DNA of 64,000 bases from contig CAZVQU010000002.1 of the NCBI GenBank assembly GCA_964629655.1, positions 460,878-524,877 of the forward strand. Direction: 5' to 3'. Made by a program: the position numbers and the translations under genes. Positions 48,251 to 58,062 of this stretch are shown here, in pieces (the stretch's first letter is position 1; each line of letters opens with the position of its first letter). A model generated the notes under the pieces. That model was given only the letters and a program-made list of their open reading frames with translations, did not search any database and had not been told where the DNA came from. The DNA is from an uncultured Planctomycetia bacterium. GTDB lineage: Bacteria; Omnitrophota; Gorgyraeia; Duberdicusellales; 4484-171.

Positions 48251-48291
48251 AAGAAAAACCCCACAGTCGTTTAAAACTGTAGGGTTTTCTT
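48251..48291 (-). terminator. Terminator hairpin after the tRNA
   Basis: Minus strand AAAACCCTACAG...CTGTGGGGTTTT followed by TCTTTTT; could act on both strands. Confidence 0.75.
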
Positions 48292-48299
48292 GAGAATAC

Positions 48300-48376
48300 T
48301 GGTTGCGGGGACAAGATTTGAACTTGTGACCTCAAGGTTATGAGCCTTGCGAGCTACCAGACTGCTCCACCCCGCG
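48300..48376 (-). tRNA. Initiator tRNA-fMet (CAT)
   Basis: CGCGGGG TGGAGCAGTCTGGTAGCTCG CAAGG CTCATAA CCTTG AGGTC ACAAG TTCAAAT CTTGT CCCCGCA ACCA; C1-A72 mismatch; encoded CCA. Confidence 0.97.
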
Positions 48377-48399
48377 AAATTACTACCTATGTTAACAAC

Positions 48400-48696
48400 T
48401 TATTCTTTGATGTCAATAACTATTTCGCCCTCTTTGGCTATTCCCAACTCTTCACGGGCGATTTTTTCATAAAGATAAGGATCTTTTCCTACCCTTTTAA
48501 GTTTCTCTTCGTAATCAACTATCTCCTCAATAAGTTCTGTGTTCTCCAAGGTAAGTCTTTTATTCTCATCTCTTAGCTTCTTCAACCTGGCATAGTTAGG
48601 AAAATAAATCACCATAGCCAAGATAAATAAACAAAGGGTAAACGCTGATACCCTTACCCACTTATTACTACTTATGTTTAAAAGTTTTTCCACCAT
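48400..48696 (-). CDS. ftsB: Septum formation initiator (FtsB/DivIC family)
   Basis: TM + coiled coil + [13 protein letters not shown]; directly after eno. Confidence 0.88.
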   Translation of the reverse strand: MVEKLLNISSNKWVRVSAFTLCLFILAMVIYFPNYARLKKLRDENKRLTLENTELIEEIVDYEEKLKRVGKDPYLYEKIAREELGIAKEGEIVIDIKE

Positions 48697-49936
48697 AACG
48701 AGCCTTTTTACCTAACTCCTCTTCTATCCTTAATAGCTCATTATACTTAGCAACTCTGTCTGTCCTTGAAAGCGAGCCGGTCTTAATCTGGCCGCAGGCT
48801 TTTCCAACTGCCAGGTGTGCAATCGTCGTATCCTCAGTTTCACCAGAACGATGAGAAATTACTGAAGTATAACCTGCCCTTGAAGCCATATCAATTGCTG
48901 CCAGAGTCTCTGATAAGGTTCCGATTTGGTTTACCTTAATGAGAATCGAATTAGATATTTTGTTATCTATTCCCTGCTTTAATTTCTTGGTATTGGTAAC
49001 AAATAAATCATCACCAACAATCTGAATCTTCTTGCCTAATTTTTTGGTAAGATTAGCCCAGCCTTCCCAATCATTCTCGTCTAGGCCATCTTCTATTGAG
49101 ATAATCGGATATTTCTTAACTATTCCGTAGTAGAAATCAATCATATACTTTGAATCCCTCTTTTTACCTTCAAAAATGTAGCTTCCCTTCTTATAGAATG
49201 AGCTTGCTGCCGGATCAAGTGCAAGAGCTACTTCCTCCCCCGGCTTATAACCAGCAGCTTTAATCGCTGCGATTATAAGTTCAAGAGCCTCTTCGTTACT
49301 CTTTAGGTTAGGGGCAAATCCACCCTCATCACCTACTGAAGTTGAGAGCTTTTTCTTCTTTAAGATTGCCTTTAAGCTATGGAAAACTTCTACTGCCGCC
49401 TGGATAGCTTTGCTAAACTTAGTAAAACCTAAAGGAGCAATCATAAACTCTTGAATATCCAGGTTATTATCAGCATGAAGGCCGCCATTTAGAATATTCA
49501 TCAATGGAAGAGGCAAAAGATTTGCTTTCACTCCTCCTAAATACTTATAAAGCGGCACTCCCCTAGAGTTAGCCGTTGCTTTTGCCACTGCTAATGATAC
49601 ACCGAGTATAGCATTAGCTCCCAGCTTAGCCTTATTAGGTGTTCCGTCGAGTTTAAGAAGCAGTTTGTCAATCTTACGAAAGTTTGCATCTTTGCCTTTC
49701 ACCTTAGGTGCGATTTTCTTATTGACATTGTTGACTGCCTTTAAAACTCCTTTCCCTGAAAACCTCTTCTTATCCCCATCGCGAAGCTCTAAGGCTTCAA
49801 ATTCCCCGGTTGATGCACCTGAAGGGACTATTGCTCTACCAAAAGCACCGTTGCTTAAGGCTACGTCTACCTCAATAGTAGGGTTTCCTCTGGAGTCAAT
49901 CACTTCTCTTGCTTTTACTAATTTAATCTTAGACAT
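48668..49936 (-). CDS. eno: Enolase
   Basis: [34 protein letters not shown]. Confidence 0.99.
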   Translation of the reverse strand: MSKIKLVKAREVIDSRGNPTIEVDVALSNGAFGRAIVPSGASTGEFEALELRDGDKKRFSGKGVLKAVNNVNKKIAPKVKGKDANFRKIDKLLLKLDGTPNKAKLGANAILGVSLAVAKATANSRGVPLYKYLGGVKANLLPLPLMNILNGGLHADNNLDIQEFMIAPLGFTKFSKAIQAAVEVFHSLKAILKKKKLSTSVGDEGGFAPNLKSNEEALELIIAAIKAAGYKPGEEVALALDPAASSFYKKGSYIFEGKKRDSKYMIDFYYGIVKKYPIISIEDGLDENDWEGWANLTKKLGKKIQIVGDDLFVTNTKKLKQGIDNKISNSILIKVNQIGTLSETLAAIDMASRAGYTSVISHRSGETEDTTIAHLAVGKACGQIKTGSLSRTDRVAKYNELLRIEEELGKKARYGGKTFKHK

Positions 49937-50024
49937 ACGCCTCCTTTCTTTGATAAGGATAAAGAATGAGGGTCAAAGGATAAAATAACTTAACCTTAAA
50001 CTCAAACCTTATGCCTTTTTCTCT

Positions 50025-50567
50025 TTACTCTGCTTCCTGTACTTGGGTTTCACTTGGCCGTTGGTAAAGACCGACTAGCTTAGCTTCAGCGATAATATGA
50101 CCCTGCATAGCCTCGATAATATCCTTTTTAGATACTCCTTCTTCTAAGGCCAAGACGTCATCTAGGGCATAGAGCCTGAAAGAATAGCGGTGGGCCTTAC
50201 CCGACGGTGGACAAGGTCCCTGATAACCCACTTTACCAAAATCATTCATACCTTCGATAATAGACAATTTAGCTAATTCTTCTTTAGAAATACCTTCTTT
50301 TAACCCCTTTGTTTCGGGAAGTATATTAAAAACTACCCAGTGGACCCAGATCTTAAAAGAAGCATCGGGATCATCACAAATAAGAACAAGGCTCTTGGTC
50401 TTCTCGGGAAGATCGCTCCAACCTAACGGCGGAGAAAAATCCTGAGCATCACAAGTATAGCGGTCAGGGATATACCCTTTATGCTCAAAGACCTCACTTT
50501 GAAACTCAAAAGCAAAGGCTGCCTGGGCCATAAAGGTAACAAGTAAAAAAGATATGATTTTCTTCAT
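50025..50567 (-). CDS. YbhB/YbcL (PEBP/Raf kinase inhibitor-like) protein with signal peptide
   Basis: SPPL.W, DPDA, WVHW, GPCPP, HRY.F..YALD. Confidence 0.95.
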   Translation of the reverse strand: MKKIISFLLVTFMAQAAFAFEFQSEVFEHKGYIPDRYTCDAQDFSPPLGWSDLPEKTKSLVLICDDPDASFKIWVHWVVFNILPETKGLKEGISKEELAKLSIIEGMNDFGKVGYQGPCPPSGKAHRYSFRLYALDDVLALEEGVSKKDIIEAMQGHIIAEAKLVGLYQRPSETQVQEAE

Positions 50568-50581
50568 TTTATCTCCCTAGG

Positions 50582-51736
50582 CTAAATAAGCCTATTTTTA
50601 AAAACCTGCTTTAATTTACTCTTATCGATAGTTAAAGCAAACCTAATGAATCCCTTTCCGTATTTTCCAAACCCTACTCCGGGAGTAGCAATGATTCTCT
50701 TCTCGGTAAGTAAGTACTTACTAAAATCTAATGAAGATTTAAAGCCTGATGGAATCCTGGCCCAGACGTAAAAGGTAGAATCAGCATAAATATTATTAAA
50801 ACCAGACTTATTTAAATTATCTACAAAGTAATCTCGCCTTGCCCTTATTGTTTTCCGTAGCTTATTTACATAGCCGGCCTCTTTTTCTAAAGCTTGGATG
50901 CCAGCTTCTTGGATTGCCCCAAAGATTCCCGAATCAACATTAGCCTTTACCTTTAATAACGACTTAATGAGATCTCTATTGCCGCAAGCCCAGCCAACTC
51001 GCAAACCGGTTACACAAAAAGTTTTAGATAAAGAGTGGAATTCTATAGCTACTTCTTTGGCTCCCCTAACCTCTAAAATACTATGGGGCTTCTGATTGAA
51101 GTAGACTTCAGAATAAGCATTATCGTAGGCAAGAATAATTCCATACTTTGAACAAAACTTAATTAATTCTCTTAGAAAACTAAGCGGTGCTAAAGCTGTA
51201 GTGGGATTATTCGGGTAATTTAAATAAATTACCTTTGCCTTATTGCGTACATTTACCGGAATCTTTGAAAGCTCCGGCAAAAACTTATTTTTCTCAAGGA
51301 GTCCGATTTCATGAACTCTTGCTGAAGCAAAAATAGCTGCCCCCCTATAACCAGGATAACCTGGTGAAGGAATAATAACGTAATCACCTCTATTTACTAC
51401 TCCCAAAGGAAAGTGCACAAGGCCTTCCTTGGAGCCAATTAAGGGTAGAATCTCCCTGTCTTGGTCTAAGGAGACTGCAAATCTCTTAGTAAACCATTTC
51501 TTGATGGTTTTGCGAAACTTATCCTTTCCCTGGTCAAGGGCATACTTCTGGTTCGCCTTTACTCCAGAGGCAGTTGCTAAAGCCTTAAGCATCCCCAAAG
51601 GTGCATCTATGTCAGGATCACCAATACTTAGATCAATAAACTTAACCTTCTTTCTTCTAAGCTCACTCTTCTTCCGATCAATTTCAGCAAATAGATAGGG
51701 AGGCAAGCGCTTCAACCTATTTGATAATTTCCACAT
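50582..51736 (-). CDS. dapL: LL-diaminopimelate aminotransferase (class I/II PLP)
   Basis: LPPYLFA.ID, GSKEG, NYPNNPT, DNAY, EFHSLSKT; end of the dap operon. Confidence 0.88.
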   Translation of the reverse strand: MWKLSNRLKRLPPYLFAEIDRKKSELRRKKVKFIDLSIGDPDIDAPLGMLKALATASGVKANQKYALDQGKDKFRKTIKKWFTKRFAVSLDQDREILPLIGSKEGLVHFPLGVVNRGDYVIIPSPGYPGYRGAAIFASARVHEIGLLEKNKFLPELSKIPVNVRNKAKVIYLNYPNNPTTALAPLSFLRELIKFCSKYGIILAYDNAYSEVYFNQKPHSILEVRGAKEVAIEFHSLSKTFCVTGLRVGWACGNRDLIKSLLKVKANVDSGIFGAIQEAGIQALEKEAGYVNKLRKTIRARRDYFVDNLNKSGFNNIYADSTFYVWARIPSGFKSSLDFSKYLLTEKRIIATPGVGFGKYGKGFIRFALTIDKSKLKQVFKNRLI

Positions 51737-51760
51737 CTTCTACTCTCCTGTTATTACCTT

Positions 51761-52480
51761 TTAGTTGGATAAAACATCGTCGATTGAGTAAAGCCCCGGC
51801 TGCTCACCGGCAATCCATCCGGCAGCCAAAAGAGCCCCCTGGGCAAAGATATCCCGGGTTTTAGCACTATGGCTTAATTCGATTTTATCTACCTCGCTCT
51901 CAAAGACTACTTTGTGATCTCCGATAATCTCATCGTACCTGTCAGCTTTAATATCTTCTACCTTTATATTGAATCCTTGTTCGTTGATAATTTCAGCTAT
52001 TTTCTTAGCAGTACCAGAAGGGGCATCCTTTTTGTGAACATGGTGTGCTTCTTGGATACTGGCTTGATAGCCCTTTAAGATACCTGCAGCTATCTTCAGC
52101 AACCTAAACAGAAGATTTACCCCTATGCTCATATTAGGAGAAAATACAATAGGTATACTTTTGGCAGCTTTTCTTATTTTATCCTGCGCTCTCCTGTCTA
52201 GACCGGTAGTACCGATAACCATGCACTTTTTAAACTTAACTGCATAGTCTAAGCACTCTAGAGTAGCCGCAGGCACGCTAAAATCAATCAGGCAATCGCA
52301 AGTTTCTATGCTATCAAAATCAGCACTAATTTTAACCTTATCAATAGTCTTGCCGACTTCAGGGTGATTCTTATCCTCTAGGCCAAAAACAATTTCTAAA
52401 TCTTCAGAACCAGAGGCTAAGGCAATAATTCTCTTGCCCATCTTGCCGCTTGCGCCGCTTACGCCAACTTTAACCATCAA
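51761..52480 (-). CDS. dapB: 4-hydroxy-tetrahydrodipicolinate reductase
   Basis: GASGKMG, GTTG, EAHH.HKKDAPSGTA. Confidence 0.98.
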   Translation of the reverse strand: MMVKVGVSGASGKMGKRIIALASGSEDLEIVFGLEDKNHPEVGKTIDKVKISADFDSIETCDCLIDFSVPAATLECLDYAVKFKKCMVIGTTGLDRRAQDKIRKAAKSIPIVFSPNMSIGVNLLFRLLKIAAGILKGYQASIQEAHHVHKKDAPSGTAKKIAEIINEQGFNIKVEDIKADRYDEIIGDHKVVFESEVDKIELSHSAKTRDIFAQGALLAAGWIAGEQPGLYSIDDVLSN

Positions 52481-52485
52481 ACCTC

Positions 52486-53364
52486 CTAAATCAACTTATA
52501 CTTTTTAAGTATTTTCTTGAGCTTATCTAGATTAGCTGCACTGATCTCACAGAGCGGTAATCTCATATTAGGCTTAATAATCTTCATTAACCCTAAAGCA
52601 GTCTTTACCGGTATAGGGTTAGTTTCAATGAAGAGTGCCTTAATTATACCATAAAGATAGAGCTGCAGACGCTTAGCCTCTGCTAAATTGCCTTCTAAGA
52701 AACTAGTTACTAAATCATGGGTTTCCTTAGGCATAATATTAGCTACCACAGAAACTGCTCCGGCTGCGCCAATAGAAAGTGCCGGTAAATTAGTCTCATC
52801 GCTGCCTGAGAATAACAAAAACTTATCATCGACTAAGGTCATAACCCTAGTAATTTGGTCTAGAGAACCGCTAGCCTCTTTTATACCTACAATGTTCTTA
52901 CAATCCTTATAGAGCCTGGCTACAGTCTCAGGTAAGATATTGCTCCCAGTCCGGGAAGGAACATTATAGATAATAATCGAGATGTCTACTGAATCAGCTA
53001 TTTTTTTAAAGTGCTGGTAGAGCCCTTCCTGAGTAGGCCGGTTGTAATAAGGAGTAATGACTAAAGAATAGTCAGCACCTACCTCCTTAGCATAACTAGC
53101 TAAATTGAGAGCTTCCTCGGTAGAGTTAGAACCGCAACCAGCCAAAACCGGTATCCTCCCCTTTACATGAGTAACTGCCAATTCAATTATCTTCCTGTGT
53201 TCGGGATGAGTTAAAGTTGCGCTCTCTCCGGTAGTGCCGCAGACTAATATACCGTCTGTACCTTTTTCGATGTGCCAATCAATTAACTTCTTAAGCTCAT
53301 CGTCTTTTATCTGACCTTGGTTATCAAATGGTGTAACCAGAGCCACAATACTTCCCTTTAACAT
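52486..53364 (-). CDS. dapA: 4-hydroxy-tetrahydrodipicolinate synthase
   Basis: GTTGES, TPYYN, YNVPSRT, GIKEASG. Confidence 0.98.
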   Translation of the reverse strand: MLKGSIVALVTPFDNQGQIKDDELKKLIDWHIEKGTDGILVCGTTGESATLTHPEHRKIIELAVTHVKGRIPVLAGCGSNSTEEALNLASYAKEVGADYSLVITPYYNRPTQEGLYQHFKKIADSVDISIIIYNVPSRTGSNILPETVARLYKDCKNIVGIKEASGSLDQITRVMTLVDDKFLLFSGSDETNLPALSIGAAGAVSVVANIMPKETHDLVTSFLEGNLAEAKRLQLYLYGIIKALFIETNPIPVKTALGLMKIIKPNMRLPLCEISAANLDKLKKILKKYKLI

Positions 53365-53375
53365 GTTTCCCCCTT

Positions 53376-54212
53376 TTATATTTTCTTAATTTTTCCCTTA
53401 TAAACTAAATAGGCTTTCCCTTCTAACCAAACATTATCTATTCTTTTTAACAGGTCAAAAGTAACCTTCAAAACATCTTTACTCATAGTTCTAACAGAAA
53501 GTCTAACTGCTTTCTTCTGCCTGATCCTAGGATTAAGCTTAAACCAAGAGATAATCGCTGAGGCTATCGACCCGGTACCGCAAGCTAAAGTTTCAGCTTC
53601 TACTCCTCTCTCGTAAGTTCTTACCGAAAGAGTGTCCTTTCCCTTTATCTCTACAAAATTAACATTAGTTCCAGCCGGCTTAAATTGCTTATGAAATCTT
53701 ATCTCTCTGCCTATTTTGTCTACATCAATTTTTTCTAGGCCCTGAACAAAAATAACTGCATGAGGCACACCGGTATTAATAAAATTTACCTTTATCTTAC
53801 GCCCTGAGACCTTAAGTGGCAGATCTAACTTCAAGCCAAAAGGAGCAGAGGTTTTTATTTTTACGAAAGCCCGGCTGCCTTTGCCTTTAACTTTAGCCTC
53901 AATAATTCCGGCTTCGGTCTCAAATTTTATGTCTTTTTTTCCGGTCAGGCAAGCCCAAAGCCCTGCTGAACGGGCGCCATTACCACACATTTCTGCCTCC
54001 GAACCATCAGCGTTGAAAATTCTCATCCTAAAAAGTGCTTTCTTTGAAGGTTGGATTACCAATACTCCGTCAGCACCAATACCTAATTTGCGAGAGCAAT
54101 ACTTTCTTGCAAACTTCTTACAAAAAGCACTACTGAACTTAGCCTTGGAATTATCAAGAAGAATAAAATCATTGCCTGAAGCTTGTAATTTGTAAAACTC
54201 TATTTTTTCCAT
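53376..54212 (-). CDS. dapF: Diaminopimelate epimerase
   Basis: GNDF, EMCGNG, GVPH, YERG, TLACGTG. Confidence 0.98.
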   Translation of the reverse strand: MEKIEFYKLQASGNDFILLDNSKAKFSSAFCKKFARKYCSRKLGIGADGVLVIQPSKKALFRMRIFNADGSEAEMCGNGARSAGLWACLTGKKDIKFETEAGIIEAKVKGKGSRAFVKIKTSAPFGLKLDLPLKVSGRKIKVNFINTGVPHAVIFVQGLEKIDVDKIGREIRFHKQFKPAGTNVNFVEIKGKDTLSVRTYERGVEAETLACGTGSIASAIISWFKLNPRIRQKKAVRLSVRTMSKDVLKVTFDLLKRIDNVWLEGKAYLVYKGKIKKI

Positions 54213-54221
54213 TCTCTCACT

Positions 54222-55469
54222 CTAAACAATAATTTCGCCTTTAATTAAATCCTGATAGTTTTCTCTCTTTCTGATTAGACGGGCTCGTTTATTCTTTACT
54301 AATACCTCGGCTAATCTTAGGCGAGAATTGTAATTAGAACTCATGCTAAAACCATAGGCTCCGGCTCCTAAAACAGCAATATAATCTCCGGCCTTAGTTT
54401 TTATCTTTCTCCCCTTACCTAGAAAATCTCCGCTCTCACAAACCGGACCAACAATATCAGCAGTCTTTGCTGACTTTTTGCTCGAACTCTTAGTTAAAGA
54501 AACTATTTTGTGATAAGCCTGGTAAAGAGAAGGCCGAGCTAAATCATTCATGGCAGCATCAATAATGACAAAATCCTTCTGGGCAGTCTCTTTTACATAA
54601 ATAACCTTAGCTACCAGGATCCCGGCATTACCAACGATAAACCTTCCTGGCTCTAAGATAATCTTTAAGCCCGACTGCTTAAGCAAGGGGGATATCTTCT
54701 TAGCAAATTCCTTAGCAGTCTGGGGTCTCTCTTTATCATAGACTATGCCAAGGCCTCCGCCGATATTAAGATACTCTAGTTTTATCCCTTTGCTCTTTAA
54801 TTCCCTTATAACTCTATTAGCTTTCTTAAAAGTCTCTACGAACGGTGCTGCCTTAGTAATCTGTGAACCAATATGCATATGAATTCCGACAATCTTTAAG
54901 TTTGGATACTTATCTTGGGAAGTAAAAATGCACTTTAAGGTCCCTTCATCGATACCAAACTTAGTCTCTTTCTTGCCAGTAGTAATATAAGCATGAGTTC
55001 CCGGCAAAACGTCAGGATTAAAACGCAGAGCCACCTTAGTCTTCTTTCCCAACCTACCGGAAATCTTATTGACCCGGGCAAGCTCAGGCTTTGACTCTAT
55101 ATTAAACATTAATATTCCGTAGTTTATAGCATCTTTTATCTCAGCATCAGTTTTACCCACAGAAGCATAGACTATTCTCTTAGCTGGACACTTTATTCTC
55201 TTAGCCCGATAAAGCTCTCCTCCGGAAACAATATCTAGGCCTGAACCCTTAGAAGTGAGTAGCTTTAGTAAGGAAAGATTAGAATTAGCCTTAACCGAAT
55301 AACAAATCAATGGCTTTAAAGAAGAAAAAGCACTCTTTAATTTTAAAAAGTGGCTAAGGATAGTCTTAGCGCTATAGACATACAAAGGAGTGCCAAACTT
55401 AGAAGCTAGACCCCTAACCTTTATGTTCTCGCAATACAAGTTACCTTTCTTAAAGCTAAAATAATGCAT
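54222..55469 (-). CDS. lysA: Diaminopimelate decarboxylase
   Basis: YSVKAN, HIGSQI, EPGR, GPVCESGD, MSSNYN. Confidence 0.98.
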   Translation of the reverse strand: MHYFSFKKGNLYCENIKVRGLASKFGTPLYVYSAKTILSHFLKLKSAFSSLKPLICYSVKANSNLSLLKLLTSKGSGLDIVSGGELYRAKRIKCPAKRIVYASVGKTDAEIKDAINYGILMFNIESKPELARVNKISGRLGKKTKVALRFNPDVLPGTHAYITTGKKETKFGIDEGTLKCIFTSQDKYPNLKIVGIHMHIGSQITKAAPFVETFKKANRVIRELKSKGIKLEYLNIGGGLGIVYDKERPQTAKEFAKKISPLLKQSGLKIILEPGRFIVGNAGILVAKVIYVKETAQKDFVIIDAAMNDLARPSLYQAYHKIVSLTKSSSKKSAKTADIVGPVCESGDFLGKGRKIKTKAGDYIAVLGAGAYGFSMSSNYNSRLRLAEVLVKNKRARLIRKRENYQDLIKGEIIV

Positions 55470-55475
55470 TTTGGT

Positions 55476-56870
55476 TTACTTAAGCCTAGAGGGTTTTGCA
55501 GAAGTGGTTTTTCTAGGCGCCGACAAAGACTTCTTCGACGACACAGCATACTTGGGATTCATTATCTTCCTTATGTCCTTATGGGTTAACTTCCGATGAA
55601 ATTTCTTTAAAACTCTATCAGACATATCCTTTACCTTAATTTCTTCATCTTCAGAGTAACGGATAAGCTTACCAACGATCTCATGGGCATGCCTAAAAGC
55701 AACGCCACGGTAAACCAAAAATTCTACTAGTTCGGTAGCATAAAGCTCTTCATCTTCCAAGGCCTGATTCAGCCGCTTCTCGTTAAGCTCTATTTTGCCT
55801 ATAAGGTCAACTGTAATCCTTAGCTCCTTCTTAATTGTCTCCACTGATGAAAAGAGCGGCTCTTTATCTAACTGCATATCCCGGTTATAAGTTAAAGGTA
55901 ATCCCTTCATAGTAGTGAGGACTGCGATTAAGTTTCCGTAGACCTTGCCGGTATTACCACGAACTAACTCTAAAAAATCAGGGTTTTTCTTATGGGGCAT
56001 CAAAGATGAACCGGTACAGAACTCCTCTGGCAAATCGAAAAATCCAAACTCCTTGGTAGAGTAAAGAATAAAATCTTCAGCCATACGAGAAAGATGCATC
56101 TGCATAATTGATAATATGTTTAAGAACTCAATAACAAAATCCCGGCTAGCAACATTATCCAAAGGATTCCTTACTGCTAAGGACTTTGAACGTAGAGACA
56201 TAGATTTGGTCTTCTCCAGAAACTTCTTTAAGGCTTCACTATAGGCAGACCTAGGTATAGCACTTCCGGCTAAAGCCCCAGAACCGATATATATAGACGA
56301 CTTCTTCAGGAAAGCGTCTAGCCTCTCAAAATCCCGCTCAAACATGCAGAAGAAAGCTCCGGTGTAACTTAAGAAAGATACTACCTGCGCTCTCTGAGTA
56401 TGGGTATAACCAGGAATATAACAATCACGATAGCGATTACCAAAGTGATTTAGAGAAGACAGGATTACATTAAGAAGGCTAAGAATATATATGCCCTCTT
56501 TATAACAATACCACTTCTCATCAAAGACCACTTGATCATTCCTTGACCTTAAGGTATGCAGCTTGGCGGCTAACTGGCCCACTTTCTTCTCTACCCGGTC
56601 TTCGATATCACTATGGATATCCTCAGCGCCCAGGTTAGGCTTAAATTTTTCTTCTCGCACCTCTTTAAAAATCTCATTTAAAGCTATGGTTAGTATCTTA
56701 GCTTCAGTGCTATTTAGGAGGCCGGCTTCTTTAAGAGCAGTAACATGAATAATAGAGTGGTAGATATCATATTCAGCTAGCCTATAGTCATATTGGATAG
56801 ACTTCTGAAATTGGAAAAAGTCTTTGTTAATTTCCTTCTTGAACCTTCCACCCCAAAGTTTCTTAACCAT
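55476..56870 (-). CDS. argH: Argininosuccinate lyase
   Basis: LWGGRF, RSRNDQ, PGYTH.Q.AQ, GSSLMPHKKNPD. Confidence 0.98.
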   Translation of the reverse strand: MVKKLWGGRFKKEINKDFFQFQKSIQYDYRLAEYDIYHSIIHVTALKEAGLLNSTEAKILTIALNEIFKEVREEKFKPNLGAEDIHSDIEDRVEKKVGQLAAKLHTLRSRNDQVVFDEKWYCYKEGIYILSLLNVILSSLNHFGNRYRDCYIPGYTHTQRAQVVSFLSYTGAFFCMFERDFERLDAFLKKSSIYIGSGALAGSAIPRSAYSEALKKFLEKTKSMSLRSKSLAVRNPLDNVASRDFVIEFLNILSIMQMHLSRMAEDFILYSTKEFGFFDLPEEFCTGSSLMPHKKNPDFLELVRGNTGKVYGNLIAVLTTMKGLPLTYNRDMQLDKEPLFSSVETIKKELRITVDLIGKIELNEKRLNQALEDEELYATELVEFLVYRGVAFRHAHEIVGKLIRYSEDEEIKVKDMSDRVLKKFHRKLTHKDIRKIMNPKYAVSSKKSLSAPRKTTSAKPSRLK

Positions 56871-56885
56871 ATTACACCTCTGTTA

Positions 56886-58058
56886 TTATCCGATAAAAGG
56901 CTGACTCCAAATATTTATAAACCCTTGGGCCCACTCCCGATTAAATTTATCGCCCTTTCCATAAGTAGCTAGTTCTTGCCGATACAAGGAAAGAGGTGAA
57001 CTCCTCTTGGCAACAATAATATTACCCTTGCATAGTTTAAGGGTAATCCTACCGCTTACTGCATCTTGAGTCCCCTCTATGAAACTATCTAAAGATTCTT
57101 TTAAAGTGCTAAACCATAGGCCTTGATAGACCAACTGAGAGTACTTTAAAGCTACTACCTCTTTAAAATATAAGGTCTCCCGGTCTAAGACTAAACTTTC
57201 TAATTCCTTGTGAGCAGCATACAAGATCCAGGCTGCCGGAGCCTCATAGACCTCTCGGGACTTTATACCTACCACCCTGTCTTCCACTAAATCGGTTCGC
57301 CCGATACTGTGCTTGCCGCCAATTTTATTTAACCTCTCAATTAAAGTAACTAAATCTAGCGCCTTATTATTTAATTTTATCGGCTTTCCTTTTTTAAACT
57401 CAATAGTTACAGACTGAGGTTTAGTTGGCGCTTTTTTCAAACTCTGAGTAAGAATAAAAGCATCCTCTCCGGGCTGATTATTCAAGTTCTCTAAAATTCC
57501 AGCCTCAATACTTACCCCCCAGATATTCTGATCAATGCTATAAATCTTCTTCTTGGTGGCTGATATCGGGATTTTCTTCTTCCTGGCATAAGCAATTTCA
57601 CTTTCCCGTGAGGTTAACTCCCACTTGCGCAATGGAGCGATAACTTTTAGTTTAGGATTTAAAGCCTTTACCCCCACTTCTATCCTTACCTGATCATTAC
57701 CCTTGGCAGTACAACCATGAGCAACGAATGAAGCTTTCTCTTTTTTAGCCACTTCAACCAGATGCTTAGCTATTAACGGCCGGCCTAAGGCAGTATTAAG
57801 AAGATACTTGCCCTGATAAAGGGCACCGGCTTTTAAACAGGGAAGAATATATTCTTCGGCAAATTCCTTCTTTAAGTCTTTGACATAAAGTTTTACCCCT
57901 CCAGACTTTGCTACCTTCTTCTTTAACTGCTCAGGCGAAAACTCACTGCCTAAGTCAGCTGAAAAACAAACTATCTCAAATCCCTGATCCTTAAGCCATT
58001 CCAGGCAGCAAGAAGTATCCAATCCACCAGAATAAGCTAAAACTAATTTTTTCATCAT
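56886..58058 (-). CDS. argG: Argininosuccinate synthase
   Basis: LAYSGGLDTS, HGCT.KGNDQVR, GIKSREVYE. Confidence 0.99.
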   Translation of the reverse strand: MMKKLVLAYSGGLDTSCCLEWLKDQGFEIVCFSADLGSEFSPEQLKKKVAKSGGVKLYVKDLKKEFAEEYILPCLKAGALYQGKYLLNTALGRPLIAKHLVEVAKKEKASFVAHGCTAKGNDQVRIEVGVKALNPKLKVIAPLRKWELTSRESEIAYARKKKIPISATKKKIYSIDQNIWGVSIEAGILENLNNQPGEDAFILTQSLKKAPTKPQSVTIEFKKGKPIKLNNKALDLVTLIERLNKIGGKHSIGRTDLVEDRVVGIKSREVYEAPAAWILYAAHKELESLVLDRETLYFKEVVALKYSQLVYQGLWFSTLKESLDSFIEGTQDAVSGRITLKLCKGNIIVAKRSSPLSLYRQELATYGKGDKFNREWAQGFINIWSQPFIG

Positions 58059-58062
58059 CTTC

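Noticed and set aside
45300-48299. Prophage or integrative element at the tRNA
   Set aside because: No integrase, phage gene or visible duplication of the tRNA 3' end
48340-48576. Plus-strand 78-aa ORF
   Set aside because: It starts inside the tRNA and runs antisense to ftsB
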